A stretch of DNA of 53,846 nucleotides from an uncultured Mycoplasmatota bacterium. Its GTDB lineage: Bacteria; Bacillota_I; Bacilli_A; RF39; UBA660. Within the stretch, counting starts at the first letter, position 1. Each line of letters starts with the position of its first letter. The stretch lies in contig USIB01000001.1 in the NCBI GenBank assembly GCA_900554615.1, positions 1 through 53,846 of the forward strand. The letters are read 5' to 3'. Below, one piece after another: positions 1 through 9,704 of the stretch. A program made the position numbers and the translations under genes. The notes under the pieces were generated by a model, which saw nothing but the letters and a program-made list of their open reading frames with translations, did not search any database and had not been told where the DNA came from.

Positions 1-153
1 TTTTTATGAAAAAGCACTTGACTTTTTATAGTTGGTCACCCCGAATATAATACACAAAAAATAAAGCAAAAAATAAGTAAAAGTATTTACAATTGGTTAA
101 TTTCAATCATATTATTGTAAATATATCCTAAGTGGTGTACAATATTACTTGAA

Positions 154-1665
154 GTGAGCGTGACCTATATGAATGTCCTAAAGTTTAACGATAAATTTGA
201 TAGTTTAATAGAAGAACCAATGAGTTATTGGAAAACACTAGATGATGTTCCTCAAAACATTAAAGATTTTATTAACGAAGCATCTAATTTAATTCCAATA
301 TATAATGAAAACAATAATAAATATTATTGTTCTAAATGTATAGAAGAAATTACAAAACAAAATAAGTGTCCTAAATGTTTAAAAACATTTGCATTCCACG
401 ATAAGTTAAAAATGGAAAATATAAAAGACATAAGAACTTTAAGTGATAATATTTATTATTATGTTTTTGATATCAATGACAATGACATATTACTTTATTT
501 ATTATGGGAACATATAGATTATCGTAATCCAATAACATACCTCCCATATAGAAATAGTAAAATAAGTATTAAAAACATTTATCAAATATTACCGACAAAA
601 ATTATAAACCTTATAACAAATAAACACATTTTATATAAAGAATTAGAAGATATACTTATTAGATTTGCAAATTCGAGTGATGAAATAAGTGATGACGATT
701 TTGATATATTAGATGAATTTGAATTTAATACATATGAACATCAATATTTATATACAAGCAATTTAACAGATTTAAAAAATACAAACTTATATAAGTATAG
801 TAATATTTGGATTTTAAAAGATTATCTCAAGGAACATTCTTTTAATTTATCAAGTTTAACTTTCTACCCTGTGTATTATAAGGAATTTGAATATCTATTA
901 AAACTTAAATTATTTGAATTAGCCATTGATGATTGCCCTAATATTAAATATAGAGGAAATTTCAAAAATACATTTGGAGTTGATAAGAAATATTATTCGT
1001 TTATGAAAGATATTAATATTAATAGTCTTCAGTTAGAAGCACTTAAGATTTATCCGACTGCTGATATAAATATGCTAAATTTTATAAAAGATAATCTTTG
1101 GTTAGTTCAATTAATATTAAAGTATGTTAATCTAGATAAAGTATTAGAATATTTGAAAGAACAAGGCTTAAATATAAAGAATTTACACGAATATGGAGAT
1201 TATATAAGATGTTGTGAAGAGATGAAGTTAAACTTAAAAGACCATAATGTATTATTTCCAAAATATTTTACTAAAGAACATGATAAAGTTACTAATGAAA
1301 TGATAGTAGCAAAAGATCCTCTTACAGATAAGAGCATTAATGATTTGGCTAGTTTTCTTATTTTAAATAAATATGAAGATGATAAATATATTATATTTCC
1401 TGCGGATAGCATAAATAGTCTCATAGATGAAAGCACCCAGCAGTCAAATTGTGTAAGAACATATTGTGAAATGGTTAGTAATAATGAATGTCAAATATAC
1501 TTTATGAGGTATAAAACTGATATTAAAAAGTCATTTGTTACTATTGAGGTTAGAAATAATAAAGTTGTTCAAGCAAAAGTTAGATTTAATGAAGAACCAT
1601 CAAGCGAAGTCATGGATATTATAAAAAAGTGGGAGCAGACTTTAATACCATTAATTAATAAATAG
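154..1665 (+). CDS. PcfJ-like domain protein with N-terminal zinc-ribbon-like Cys pairs
   Basis: 503-aa ORF with CSKC...CPKC pairs near the N-terminus. The C-terminal segment QSNCVRTYCEMV..IYFMRYK..VTIEVRNNKVVQAKVRFNE resembles the PcfJ-like signature as recalled. Start is uncertain (GTG 154 or ATG 169). Confidence 0.5.
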   Translation: MSVTYMNVLKFNDKFDSLIEEPMSYWKTLDDVPQNIKDFINEASNLIPIYNENNNKYYCSKCIEEITKQNKCPKCLKTFAFHDKLKMENIKDIRTLSDNIYYYVFDINDNDILLYLLWEHIDYRNPITYLPYRNSKISIKNIYQILPTKIINLITNKHILYKELEDILIRFANSSDEISDDDFDILDEFEFNTYEHQYLYTSNLTDLKNTNLYKYSNIWILKDYLKEHSFNLSSLTFYPVYYKEFEYLLKLKLFELAIDDCPNIKYRGNFKNTFGVDKKYYSFMKDININSLQLEALKIYPTADINMLNFIKDNLWLVQLILKYVNLDKVLEYLKEQGLNIKNLHEYGDYIRCCEEMKLNLKDHNVLFPKYFTKEHDKVTNEMIVAKDPLTDKSINDLASFLILNKYEDDKYIIFPADSINSLIDESTQQSNCVRTYCEMVSNNECQIYFMRYKTDIKKSFVTIEVRNNKVVQAKVRFNEEPSSEVMDIIKKWEQTLIPLINK

Positions 1666-1776
1666 ATTATATTGGTACATTATTTATTGATGATATTTTA
1701 GATAATCTTGATTAATTATTATTAGTCTCTTGTAAAAGTGCTCTGAGTGTTGTAAACTATTACTAGAGATGAAAGC

Positions 1777-2370
1777 GTGAGTGATGTTATGAAAATAGAA
1801 CTTAAAGAAATAGATAGTTTATTAGATGATGGGATAAAACAAGGAAGTTTAAATTTATTATGTTCTAAGGCAGGTATGGGTAAAACAACATTTGCCTTAA
1901 ATCTTATGAGTAACAACATTAATGATAAGATTATTGCTTACTTTAACTTTGAATTATCTAAAGATAAATTATTTGAAAGAATGAACAAACTATTTGATAC
2001 TGATTATACTAATAAAAATATATTTGTATATAAATATGATTATAATAAGACAGTAGATGATATAATTAATAAATGTATTGAATTAAAGAAATCTAATATG
2101 GGATTAGATTTAGTTATAATTGATTATATAGAATTAATATCATGTGAAATTAATACTATTCGTAAGAAAGATTTTAATTCTTATATCCTAAGTAAATTAT
2201 ATCAACTAGTAAAAGAATATAATATTACAGTAGTATTGGTAAGTCTATGTCAAAGAACAAATAAAGAGATATCCATAAATGATTTGTTTTTAGATAAAGA
2301 TAGTTTAGATAAATTAGACAATATATTTTATTTATATAATGGTAATACTGTAGAAATAATAAAAAAATAG
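1777..2370 (+). CDS. DnaB-like helicase C-terminal (RecA-fold) ATPase domain only; N-terminal domain absent
   Basis: Aligns by eye to DnaB/DnaC C-domain motifs: Walker A SKAGMGKTTFALNL, FNFELSKDKLFERM (compare FSLEMS..QL..RM), Walker B DLVIIDYIELI, VVLVSLCQR. At 197 aa it lacks the N-terminal and linker regions. Confidence 0.6.
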   Translation: MSDVMKIELKEIDSLLDDGIKQGSLNLLCSKAGMGKTTFALNLMSNNINDKIIAYFNFELSKDKLFERMNKLFDTDYTNKNIFVYKYDYNKTVDDIINKCIELKKSNMGLDLVIIDYIELISCEINTIRKKDFNSYILSKLYQLVKEYNITVVLVSLCQRTNKEISINDLFLDKDSLDKLDNIFYLYNGNTVEIIKK

Positions 2371-2509
2371 TATTAATTCATTAGTTAAAACTATATTAGT
2401 TTATAAAAATAAAATATGGAGGTTTAAATGCAAGAAGGAAATATGAATAGAATTAAATAATAATTAACTTATTGTTAAACCATTTTAAGTATTATATAAT
2501 ATAGAAGAG

Positions 2510-3778
2510 GTGATAATTATGTCAAATAATAAAAATGAATTATTGGAATTAAAAAATAGTAAGGAATGGTTAGAATTTGAAAACTACTATATGGGGTATA
2601 GTATATTTAATCAGTTTGACTTTTTTAGATTTGAAGATATGCATACTAATATATTGAAATCATTATTTATTGAGGAAAATGCTTATGGTTTAGGTACTTA
2701 TCCATTAAGAAAACTAATAGAACTATTAAGATTTAAAGATAGTAGTAAAGTAAATATAGAATCAGATGAATTTAGTATTATAGTTAAAAATGTAGAAACA
2801 CAAAAGGTAATAAAGAAAAATAGATTAGATTTGAAGATTGATTTTAAAGTTGATGATAAAGATTATAGTATTATACTAGAAAATAAAGTGTTTTCAGATG
2901 AACATGATGATCAATGTAGAAAGTATTATGAATATTTTATGGAAGATAAACCTAATGATAAGACTAATTATATATTTGTATATTTATCTTTAGAAAAGAA
3001 GCCTAACTTTGATTATAAAAAAGAATATATTTGTATTAATTATCAAGAATTAGTTACTTATGTAATTGAACCAAGTAGTTATAAAAGTACTAATATGAAT
3101 CCTAGAATAATTAGTTTAGATACCTATTTATCAAGTTTTTCAAAATTATATGAATATTTGGATGCAAGTTATGATTTTCCAATTACGCGTTTTGGAAGAG
3201 AACTTACCATTAATTTGTATAACAGTAGTGAACTATTAAGAACATTTACTAAAAATAAATTTTATGAAAATAATAAAACTATTTTAGATATTTATTATTA
3301 TAATATTTTAAAAATAATTAATGATGAAGATGAGAGATTAGAAAACGATAGGGAAAAGATTAATAAATTAAGAAAAGAAATAAACTCAAAATTACTTAAT
3401 GTTAATTGTACTTTTAAAGGAGAAAAAGTAACATATAAGAAATGTTATCTATTAATAGTCAAATATTTATTTGAATTAAAATTAATTAAAGATGAAAAAG
3501 ATCTTGATAAACTTAATAAATGCGTACTTTATAAGAATTACGTAGTTGCTACTAGTGATTATGATAATTTATCTCATAAAGATTATTATTATCTCTCAGA
3601 TGAAGTGATTAATGGACTAATGTTAAATGATAAAAAATTATATTATTATGTAGGACCTTTTGGGCAAGAAGAATTAAGATACTTTATAGAAGAAATTAAT
3701 AAACAATTTAATAACGCATTAGAAGGTATTGTAGAAATTAATAAGCAAAATGATGGGGGTAAAAATGAAAATAGATAA
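2510..3778 (+). CDS. PD-(D/E)xK nuclease family protein (PDDEXK_4-like)
   Basis: 422-aa ORF with the motif RLDLKIDF..(13 aa)..IILENKV (D...ExK core) after an N-terminal HTNILKSLF segment typical of this family. The C-terminal half has no recognised domain. Confidence 0.5.
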   Translation: MIIMSNNKNELLELKNSKEWLEFENYYMGYSIFNQFDFFRFEDMHTNILKSLFIEENAYGLGTYPLRKLIELLRFKDSSKVNIESDEFSIIVKNVETQKVIKKNRLDLKIDFKVDDKDYSIILENKVFSDEHDDQCRKYYEYFMEDKPNDKTNYIFVYLSLEKKPNFDYKKEYICINYQELVTYVIEPSSYKSTNMNPRIISLDTYLSSFSKLYEYLDASYDFPITRFGRELTINLYNSSELLRTFTKNKFYENNKTILDIYYYNILKIINDEDERLENDREKINKLRKEINSKLLNVNCTFKGEKVTYKKCYLLIVKYLFELKLIKDEKDLDKLNKCVLYKNYVVATSDYDNLSHKDYYYLSDEVINGLMLNDKKLYYYVGPFGQEELRYFIEEINKQFNNALEGIVEINKQNDGGKNENR

Positions 3779-4241
3779 AGAATATAGATTTGATAATTTT
3801 AAGGTTAATCAAGGTAATAAATTAGCCTTTTCTCTTGCACTAAAAGTAGCAGAAGAACCCGGTAAAAGTTATTCACCGCTATTTATTAGTGGCAATAATG
3901 AACGAACTCATTTAATGAATGCAATAGTTAATTATATATTAGAACATTTTGATTATAAGGTCGTTTATATAAAAGCATCAGATATTAGTAATATAACCAA
4001 TAATATCGATGTATTAATCATTGATGAACTTGATTGTCTATCTACTTCAGAAGAAACTAAGTTATTAGAGGTAATAAAATTACTTCAATCAAATAACAAA
4101 CAAATAGTTTTAGGTAGTAATAAACCATTAGAAGAATTAAATAATATTAGTGATAAATTAAAAGATGTTATTAATTGGGGGATGTCAGTGAATATAAAAG
4201 ATGATAGCGGTAAGAAGATTGCTGATTATAATTGGTTATAA
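3765..4241 (+). CDS. DnaA domain III-like protein with deleted Walker A; no DNA-binding domain IV
   Basis: YRFDNFKVNQGNKLAFSLALKVAEEPGKSYSPLFISGNNERTHLMNAI aligns to DnaA YTFDNFV.G..N..A..A..VAE.P...[21 protein letters not shown], but the P-loop GxGK is missing. Walker B VLIIDELD and sensor-I-like QIVLGSNKP are retained. Start moved to ATG 3765, which has a GGGGG RBS 5 nt upstream; the track ORF starts at 3750. Confidence 0.6.
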   Translation: MKIDKEYRFDNFKVNQGNKLAFSLALKVAEEPGKSYSPLFISGNNERTHLMNAIVNYILEHFDYKVVYIKASDISNITNNIDVLIIDELDCLSTSEETKLLEVIKLLQSNNKQIVLGSNKPLEELNNISDKLKDVINWGMSVNIKDDSGKKIADYNWL

Positions 4242-4265
4242 AATAATATATTACTTGGAGGAATA

Positions 4266-4715
4266 ATGAATAGAAGTTTTTTTGAGATAAAGAATAATAT
4301 TAAAAATATTAATAATTTAATTGGTAAGCATATTATTTATAATTTATATACTGATGATAAATATTATTCTACTTTTCGTGGTAAATTATTAAATTATAAA
4401 GATAATATTTTATATATTGATGTATTTAACGATGGTATGGAAGAAACTAAAAGTATGTATGAAGTTCCTTATAGGCAGGAAATACCAATTAATAAATTAA
4501 AGACTATAGAAGAATTTAAAAATTATTATAATAAAGAATTTGATAATGTATATATTAATAAAAATTGTAAAATTATAAATAAAAATAACGACTTTATAGA
4601 GGGAGTTATAATTGACTATCAGTTAGGAAACATAATGATAAGAATAGATAATGATCCAAACTATGAATATCCATTATATTTTGTTAAAGAAATAGAAATA
4701 ATAAAATGTCAGTAA
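4266..4715 (+). CDS. hypothetical protein (two tandem small beta-barrel/Sm-like-looking repeats)
   Basis: 149-aa ORF with GGAGG RBS at 4257-4261. Two similar segments (IIYNLYTDD..FRGKLLNYKDNILYIDV and KIINKNNDFIEGVIIDYQLGNIMIRID). The fold assignment is only an impression. Confidence 0.45.
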   Translation: MNRSFFEIKNNIKNINNLIGKHIIYNLYTDDKYYSTFRGKLLNYKDNILYIDVFNDGMEETKSMYEVPYRQEIPINKLKTIEEFKNYYNKEFDNVYINKNCKIINKNNDFIEGVIIDYQLGNIMIRIDNDPNYEYPLYFVKEIEIIKCQ

Positions 4716-4779
4716 TAAAGTTAATTATTGACATTTTTTTAAATTTTTATAAGTTTTAGGAACAATTTCCTAAAAAGTA

Positions 4780-4788
4780 TGTTATAAT
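4780..4788 (+). promoter_or_regulatory. extended -10 promoter (TGTTATAAT) for tRNA-Leu
   Basis: TGnTATAAT lies 12 nt upstream of the tRNA 5' end. No good -35 element. Confidence 0.4.
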
Positions 4789-4800
4789 TAATATGTACTT

Positions 4801-4886
4801 GCCAGCCTGGCGGAATGGTAGACGCGGTAGACTCAAAATCTACTACTAGTGATAGTGTGAGGGTTCAAGTCCCTTGGCTGGTACCA
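4801..4886 (+). tRNA. tRNA-Leu (anticodon CAA), class II with long variable arm, encoded CCA
   Basis: Acceptor stem GCCAGCC/GGCTGGT, D-arm GCGG-AATGGTA-GACGC, anticodon stem-loop GTAGA-CTCAAAA-TCTAC, long variable arm, T-arm GAGGGTTCAAGTCCCTT, then A-CCA. Confidence 0.9.
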
Positions 4887-4899
4887 AAATTGATTTGTT

Positions 4900-4926
4900 A
4901 ATCTAACTGAAAAGTTAGGTTTTATT
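4900..4926 (+). terminator. intrinsic terminator after tRNA-Leu
   Basis: 9-bp stem AATCTAACT/AGTTAGGTT with GAAA loop, followed by TTTATT. Confidence 0.5.
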
Positions 4927-4956
4927 ATGGTACTACTTATAGAGGAGTTGAAATAA

Positions 4957-5388
4957 ATGAAAACTAATAGAACTATTACAAGAGAAAATGCTATGACTAT
5001 ACTATATCAAATATTCTTATATAAAAAAAATAAAATAAATTACAATGTAGAAGAAGTAATTGAAGAGTATATGAATGATTTAGACTTAGAAGAAAGAAAA
5101 AAAATAAATATAGAGTTTTTAAAAGAATTAATTAATGGTGTTTTAAATAATATTGAAGATATAGATAAGAATATACTTAAGTATTTAGAAAATTGGACTA
5201 TAGAAAGACTTGGACTTACAGACCAAGCAATCATTAGAATATCAGTATACGAACTATTATATACAGATACCCCTAACTTAGTTTGTATAAATGAAGCCAT
5301 AGAGTTATCAAAAAAATATTCAGATGACAAAGTATCAAAAATGATAAATGGTGTTTTAGACAAAATATATCATGAGGTAGAAGAGTAG
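4957..5388 (+). CDS. nusB: transcription antitermination factor NusB
   Basis: 143 aa with typical NusB length and motifs (R..A...LYQ; DR......ILR...YEL; INEAIELSKKY......ING VLDK). Conserved position ahead of xseA and xseB. Confidence 0.85.
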   Translation: MKTNRTITRENAMTILYQIFLYKKNKINYNVEEVIEEYMNDLDLEERKKINIEFLKELINGVLNNIEDIDKNILKYLENWTIERLGLTDQAIIRISVYELLYTDTPNLVCINEAIELSKKYSDDKVSKMINGVLDKIYHEVEE

Positions 5389-6200
5389 TGCCTAAAGTTA
5401 TTAGTTATAAGAAATCATTTAATGAATTAATAAAAAATAAAACAATTACAGTTTTAGGTAGATATAAAGATTCTTTCTATATTAATCCAAAAAAATTATT
5501 CTTTAAGGAAGAAAAAGATAGAATTAGTTATGAACTACTAGGAGATTTTATAGCAGACTATCTAAATATAGAACATACCAAATATGAAGAATGTCTAATA
5601 AAAACCACCAGTAGAGAAATAAAAGGATTAGTATCTAAAGATTACAGAATACCTAATCACACTTTAGTAAAGTTTAATAAAATATTAGGTAAAAAAGATA
5701 TGACTATAGATAATATCCAATTATCTTTAGATAAATATTTCAATAATTATCCAAATAAAGAAGAAATCATATCTAGAATAATGGATGGAGTAGTAGAGCA
5801 TTATATGTTAGATTTATTACTTGGTAACATAGATAATGGAAGATATAACTATGAACTCATAGTAGGAGACACTAATGCCCATTTATCCCCATATTCAGAT
5901 TTTGGAATGATTTTTAATTATACAAGTACCAATCTAAGAGTAGATAATACTTGTGATAACTCAGTATATAATAATCTATCAAAACTATTAGAAAATAAAA
6001 AATACTATGATAGATTTACTAGTATGTATAATAGTCTTAATCCATTTGTTTTAGAAGATTTAATTAATAAATTAGAAACAAATAAAAATACCAGTATAAA
6101 TGATAATACTAAGAATATAATTTTCCTATCTTATAGTAGACATTATATGTTAGTTAGAAATGTTTTAGAAACACTTAGAAATAAAAAGAAGACTAAGTAA
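5388..6200 (+). CDS. hypothetical protein (weak HipA-C/kinase-like LLGNIDNGRYN motif, catalytic His absent)
   Basis: 270-aa ORF coupled to the nusB stop (ATG overlaps). Only a weak resemblance to the HipA-type loop (LLGN.D.H..N). Confidence 0.4.
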   Translation: MPKVISYKKSFNELIKNKTITVLGRYKDSFYINPKKLFFKEEKDRISYELLGDFIADYLNIEHTKYEECLIKTTSREIKGLVSKDYRIPNHTLVKFNKILGKKDMTIDNIQLSLDKYFNNYPNKEEIISRIMDGVVEHYMLDLLLGNIDNGRYNYELIVGDTNAHLSPYSDFGMIFNYTSTNLRVDNTCDNSVYNNLSKLLENKKYYDRFTSMYNSLNPFVLEDLINKLETNKNTSINDNTKNIIFLSYSRHYMLVRNVLETLRNKKKTK

Positions 6201-6236
6201 TAAATAGTCTTTATATAAATATAAAGGGGTGAATAT

Positions 6237-7514
6237 ATGAATGATAATTATATAACAATAACAGAAGTAAATAAATATATAAAAGAGGTTATTAACGAAG
6301 ATTTACTACTTAGAAAAGTATATTTAAGAGGAGAAATATCCAATTTTAAAGCCCATTCAAGAGGTCACTACTACTTTACCCTAAAAGATGAAACATCTAG
6401 AATAGCGGCTGTTATGTTTTCATTTAACAATAAAAATCTTAAGTTTACTCCTTATGATGGTATGAAAGTATTAGTAACAGGAAAAATAGATGTATACGAG
6501 TCAACAGGAGCATACCAAATATATGTAGAAGATATGTCTCCTGATGGAATAGGAGCCCTATATGTCGCTTTTGAAGAGTTAAAGAAAAAACTTGCTAGTG
6601 AAGGATTATTCGACAAAGATAAAAAGAAAAAAATCAGAAGAATACCAAGTACAATAGGAATAGTAACATCTCCTACAGGAGCCGCTATCAAAGATATATT
6701 AACAACATTAAAAAGAAGATTCCCAATTTGTAATACCATTCTTTTTCCTGCCCTTGTTCAAGGAGAAAATGCTAGTATAGATATAGCAAACAAAATAAAA
6801 CTTGCTAACCAAGTAAAAGATATATATGGAATAGATACATTAATAGTAGGTCGTGGAGGAGGCTCACTAGAAGACCTATGGCCATTTAACGAAGAAGTAG
6901 TAGCAAGAGCAATTTATGCCAGTGAAATACCCGTAATATCCGCTGTCGGTCATGAAATAGATATTACAATATCTGACTATGTAGCAGACCTTAGAGCCCC
7001 AACTCCGACAGCAGCAGCTGAACTTGCTTCAGTTGATGTTAACACAATTACTACTTATTTAAATACCGCTACTACAAGAAGTATCACGGCTCTAAATAAT
7101 ATTATAAATAATAACTATAAAAGATTAGATTCAATAAAAAATAGTTATATCCTTACTAGACCTATTAGTATGTATGAAATAAAAGAACAAAAACTTGATA
7201 TGTTAATAGATAATCTAGATAAAAGTATTAATAAAGTACTAGAAGATAACAAAGTAAAATTATTTACTTATACTAATAGTTATATACTAAATAATCCTGA
7301 AATGTTATATAAATATAGTAGTCAAAAATTAGAACACATTATATCTAAACTAGAAGTACTTAATCCTCTTAATACATTAAATAGAGGCTATGCCATTATA
7401 AAGAAAGATGACAAAGTACTATCAAGTAGTAAGAATATAAATATAGATGATATTATTAAGATATCACTTAAAGATGGAGAAGTATCTAGTAAAGTAATAA
7501 AGGTAGGTGAATAG
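6237..7514 (+). CDS. xseA: exodeoxyribonuclease VII large subunit
   Basis: 425 aa. N-terminal OB fold (V.GEISNFK.H.SGH.YF.LKD), GIVTS.TGAA..D, RGGGS.EDLW.FN.E, and a long C-terminal coiled coil. Confidence 0.9.
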   Translation: MNDNYITITEVNKYIKEVINEDLLLRKVYLRGEISNFKAHSRGHYYFTLKDETSRIAAVMFSFNNKNLKFTPYDGMKVLVTGKIDVYESTGAYQIYVEDMSPDGIGALYVAFEELKKKLASEGLFDKDKKKKIRRIPSTIGIVTSPTGAAIKDILTTLKRRFPICNTILFPALVQGENASIDIANKIKLANQVKDIYGIDTLIVGRGGGSLEDLWPFNEEVVARAIYASEIPVISAVGHEIDITISDYVADLRAPTPTAAAELASVDVNTITTYLNTATTRSITALNNIINNNYKRLDSIKNSYILTRPISMYEIKEQKLDMLIDNLDKSINKVLEDNKVKLFTYTNSYILNNPEMLYKYSSQKLEHIISKLEVLNPLNTLNRGYAIIKKDDKVLSSSKNINIDDIIKISLKDGEVSSKVIKVGE

Positions 7515-7516
7515 AA

Positions 7517-7747
7517 ATGAAAAAAGAAAAAGAAGAATTAACTTTTGAAGATAAAATTAAATTACTTGAAGATATCGTTAAAGAACTTGAAAGTGGAGAA
7601 GTACCACTAGATGACGCAATAAATAAATATACTGAAGCAATGAAACTTGCTAAAGAATGTTCAGATAAATTAAATAGCGTATCAGAAAAAGTAAATAAAA
7701 TCATGACAGAGAATGGTCGCTTAGAAGACTTTACTATAAGTGAATAA
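7517..7747 (+). CDS. xseB: exodeoxyribonuclease VII small subunit
   Basis: 76 aa with FE..I..LE.IV..LE.G...LD.AI..Y..G..L...C. Lies immediately after xseA. Confidence 0.85.
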   Translation: MKKEKEELTFEDKIKLLEDIVKELESGEVPLDDAINKYTEAMKLAKECSDKLNSVSEKVNKIMTENGRLEDFTISE

Positions 7748-7780
7748 TATTAGTATATAGTCTTGATTATATATAATAAG

Positions 7781-7811
7781 AAAGAGGAAAAATTACTCCT
7801 CTTTTTAATTT
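7781..7811. terminator. bidirectional terminator between xseB and spoIVB
   Basis: 8-bp stem AAAGAGGA/TCCTCTTT followed by TTTAATTTT. Overlaps the spoIVB stop codon. Confidence 0.5.
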
Positions 7812-8806
7812 TCTGCTTCTTCTAGCATTTTAGTTATGAATATACCATATCCTTTAGTAGGGTCATCTACCACTACATGAGTTACTGCTCCTACTATATA
7901 ATCATCTTGAATAATAGGACTACCACTCATACCTTGTACTATACCACCAGTTTTTTTAAGAAGTCTACTATCAGTTATTTCAAATAAGATATTCTTAACC
8001 TCATTAGTACTTACCTTTAAGATATTAATACCAAAACTTTCTACTATATTACCATCAATTACTGTAAGAATAGTAGCGTCTCCCATTTTAACTTCATTAT
8101 CCTTAGCCACTTTATATAATTTCTTATCAGGAAGAGTACTAGTATAATTACCAAAGATACCATTAGTAGTATTTTCTTTAACCTTACCAAAGATATTACT
8201 ACTATCATATCTAGCATTCTTTTCACCAGGTTTTCCAATATCACTTCTAGTTATTCCAGTAACAGTAGAACTATATATTTTACCATCTTTAATTTCTAAT
8301 TTCTGTCCAGTATTCTTCTCTATAATCTCATGACCTAAAGCACCAAATAATTTAGTATTAGGGTCTATATATGTAAGAGTTCCAACACCAGATATAGTAT
8401 CTTTAACATATAATCCTGTCTTATAAATATTATCATTAGTCTTAGTTAGTTTTAGAGTAGTCTTATTCTCTTTACCTGCTCTTAAATAAGTAATATCTAT
8501 ATTCTCTTTATTAGTAGTTTTCTCAACTATATTTAACATCTCTTCAATACTAGATACTTCTTTATTATTAATTTTAGTTATCTTATCTCCAGCATGAATA
8601 CCAGCTTCTTTAGCAGGATTTTTACCATTAACTTCATAAGTTCCAACGATTATTACTCCTTTGGAATTAAGTTCAATACCGATATTTTCTCCTCCTGCTA
8701 ATATATAATCTGAATAGGCTAAAGTATATGTGGGTATAATAAGTAGTGTAAACATTAAAGTAAGCAGAATATTGTTTTTTATTTTTTTAAAAAACATAAA
8801 ATACAT
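7805..8806 (-). CDS. spoIVB: SpoIVB peptidase (S55 family) with PDZ domain
   Basis: 333 aa with signal/TM segment, PDZ-like GIHAGDKITKINNKEV, GTLTYIDP....GALGH and the catalytic GMSGSPII motif. Confidence 0.85.
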   Translation of the reverse strand: MYFMFFKKIKNNILLTLMFTLLIIPTYTLAYSDYILAGGENIGIELNSKGVIIVGTYEVNGKNPAKEAGIHAGDKITKINNKEVSSIEEMLNIVEKTTNKENIDITYLRAGKENKTTLKLTKTNDNIYKTGLYVKDTISGVGTLTYIDPNTKLFGALGHEIIEKNTGQKLEIKDGKIYSSTVTGITRSDIGKPGEKNARYDSSNIFGKVKENTTNGIFGNYTSTLPDKKLYKVAKDNEVKMGDATILTVIDGNIVESFGINILKVSTNEVKNILFEITDSRLLKKTGGIVQGMSGSPIIQDDYIVGAVTHVVVDDPTKGYGIFITKMLEEAEN

Positions 8807-8893
8807 CTCCTTTTAAATATTATTCACAGACTACATTATTATTATTTACTATTATTTTTAAACTATGAAAGATAATAATTACCATTTCATTTT

Positions 8894-8956
8894 CACTCTA
8901 AGCCCAAGGTCTATAGAGTGTTAGTTTAAGCCAATAAGAGTATTGTCTTAAACTAA
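8894..8956. repeat. twin hairpin with AGCC...GTCT apex (family member)
   Basis: Hairpins 8894-8920 (CACTCTA/TAGAGTG, apex AGCC-caag-GTCT) and 8921-8956 (10-bp stem TTAGTTTAAG/CTTAAACTAA, apex AGCC..GTCT). Confidence 0.6.
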
Positions 8957-9051
8957 TATATCAACCATATCTACTTTATATAAGAGAAGTATATATACTT
9001 ATTATTTATAAAATATTCATACTTTTCGTAATAATATATTCCATGTAGTTA

Positions 9052-9080
9052 TTGACAAAATAAGCATTTTGGTGTAAAAT
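9052..9080 (+). promoter_or_regulatory. sigma-A-type promoter TTGACA-17-TAAAAT
   Basis: TTGACA at 9052-9057, 17-nt spacer, TAAAAT at 9075-9080. AAGGAG RBS and ATG 9104 lie downstream. Confidence 0.45.
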
Positions 9081-9103
9081 ATTTACCTACAAGGAGTGAT
9101 AGT

Positions 9104-9436
9104 ATGAATAAGATTTATATTAATAATCAAATAGAGACTGCTAGATACAATTATAATTATTTTATTATGAAAATGATTATACGTATTTTACAAGTATGTT
9201 TTAAATTATCTTGCATATTATTAATTAGTGGGATATTTAATTACACTATTATAAATATAATTGCTATTATTTATACTATTATGTCATTATTTAGTATTTA
9301 CGATATCGTTATAAATTATAAGCATATATTAGAAGATATTGCAAATACCCTTGGTATAAAGAAGTTCTCTTTTGAAATAGACCTTAATGTTATAAGTAAT
9401 GATTTATTTAAGGGAATGATTAGTTATGGAAAATAA
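9104..9436 (+). CDS. hypothetical membrane protein
   Basis: 110-aa ORF with good RBS and two hydrophobic segments. Confidence 0.45.
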   Translation: MNKIYINNQIETARYNYNYFIMKMIIRILQVCFKLSCILLISGIFNYTIINIIAIIYTIMSLFSIYDIVINYKHILEDIANTLGIKKFSFEIDLNVISNDLFKGMISYGK

Positions 9437-9695
9437 TTTTTATGTAGGTAATGTTATAACTAAAAAACATAAAGATAAATTAGTTCTTTATAGTACAGAT
9501 TCTATTAATTATTTAGATTTAGTTAATGATAGAATGTATACTACTGAATATAATAGTAAAGGATATGTCGAAAAAGAAAGTCTAGTAAAAGTTAATATTA
9601 ATGATTTTAGAGATGATTATCATTATTTATTAATTAGACATAATGAGAACAATAGTATTAAGAAAAAAAGAAAGTTATTTTCTTTTAAACATTAG
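9426..9695 (+). CDS. hypothetical protein
   Basis: 89-aa ORF overlapping the upstream ORF by 11 nt, consistent with an operon. Confidence 0.4.
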   Translation: MENNFYVGNVITKKHKDKLVLYSTDSINYLDLVNDRMYTTEYNSKGYVEKESLVKVNINDFRDDYHYLLIRHNENNSIKKKRKLFSFKH

Positions 9696-9704
9696 GAGAA
9701 TTTT

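Noticed and set aside
5388-6200. HipA-type toxin kinase between nusB and xseA.
   Set aside because: Only one short loop (LLGNIDNGRYN) is reminiscent. The catalytic His/Asp pattern is incomplete and no HipB-like partner is present. It is left as a hypothetical protein.
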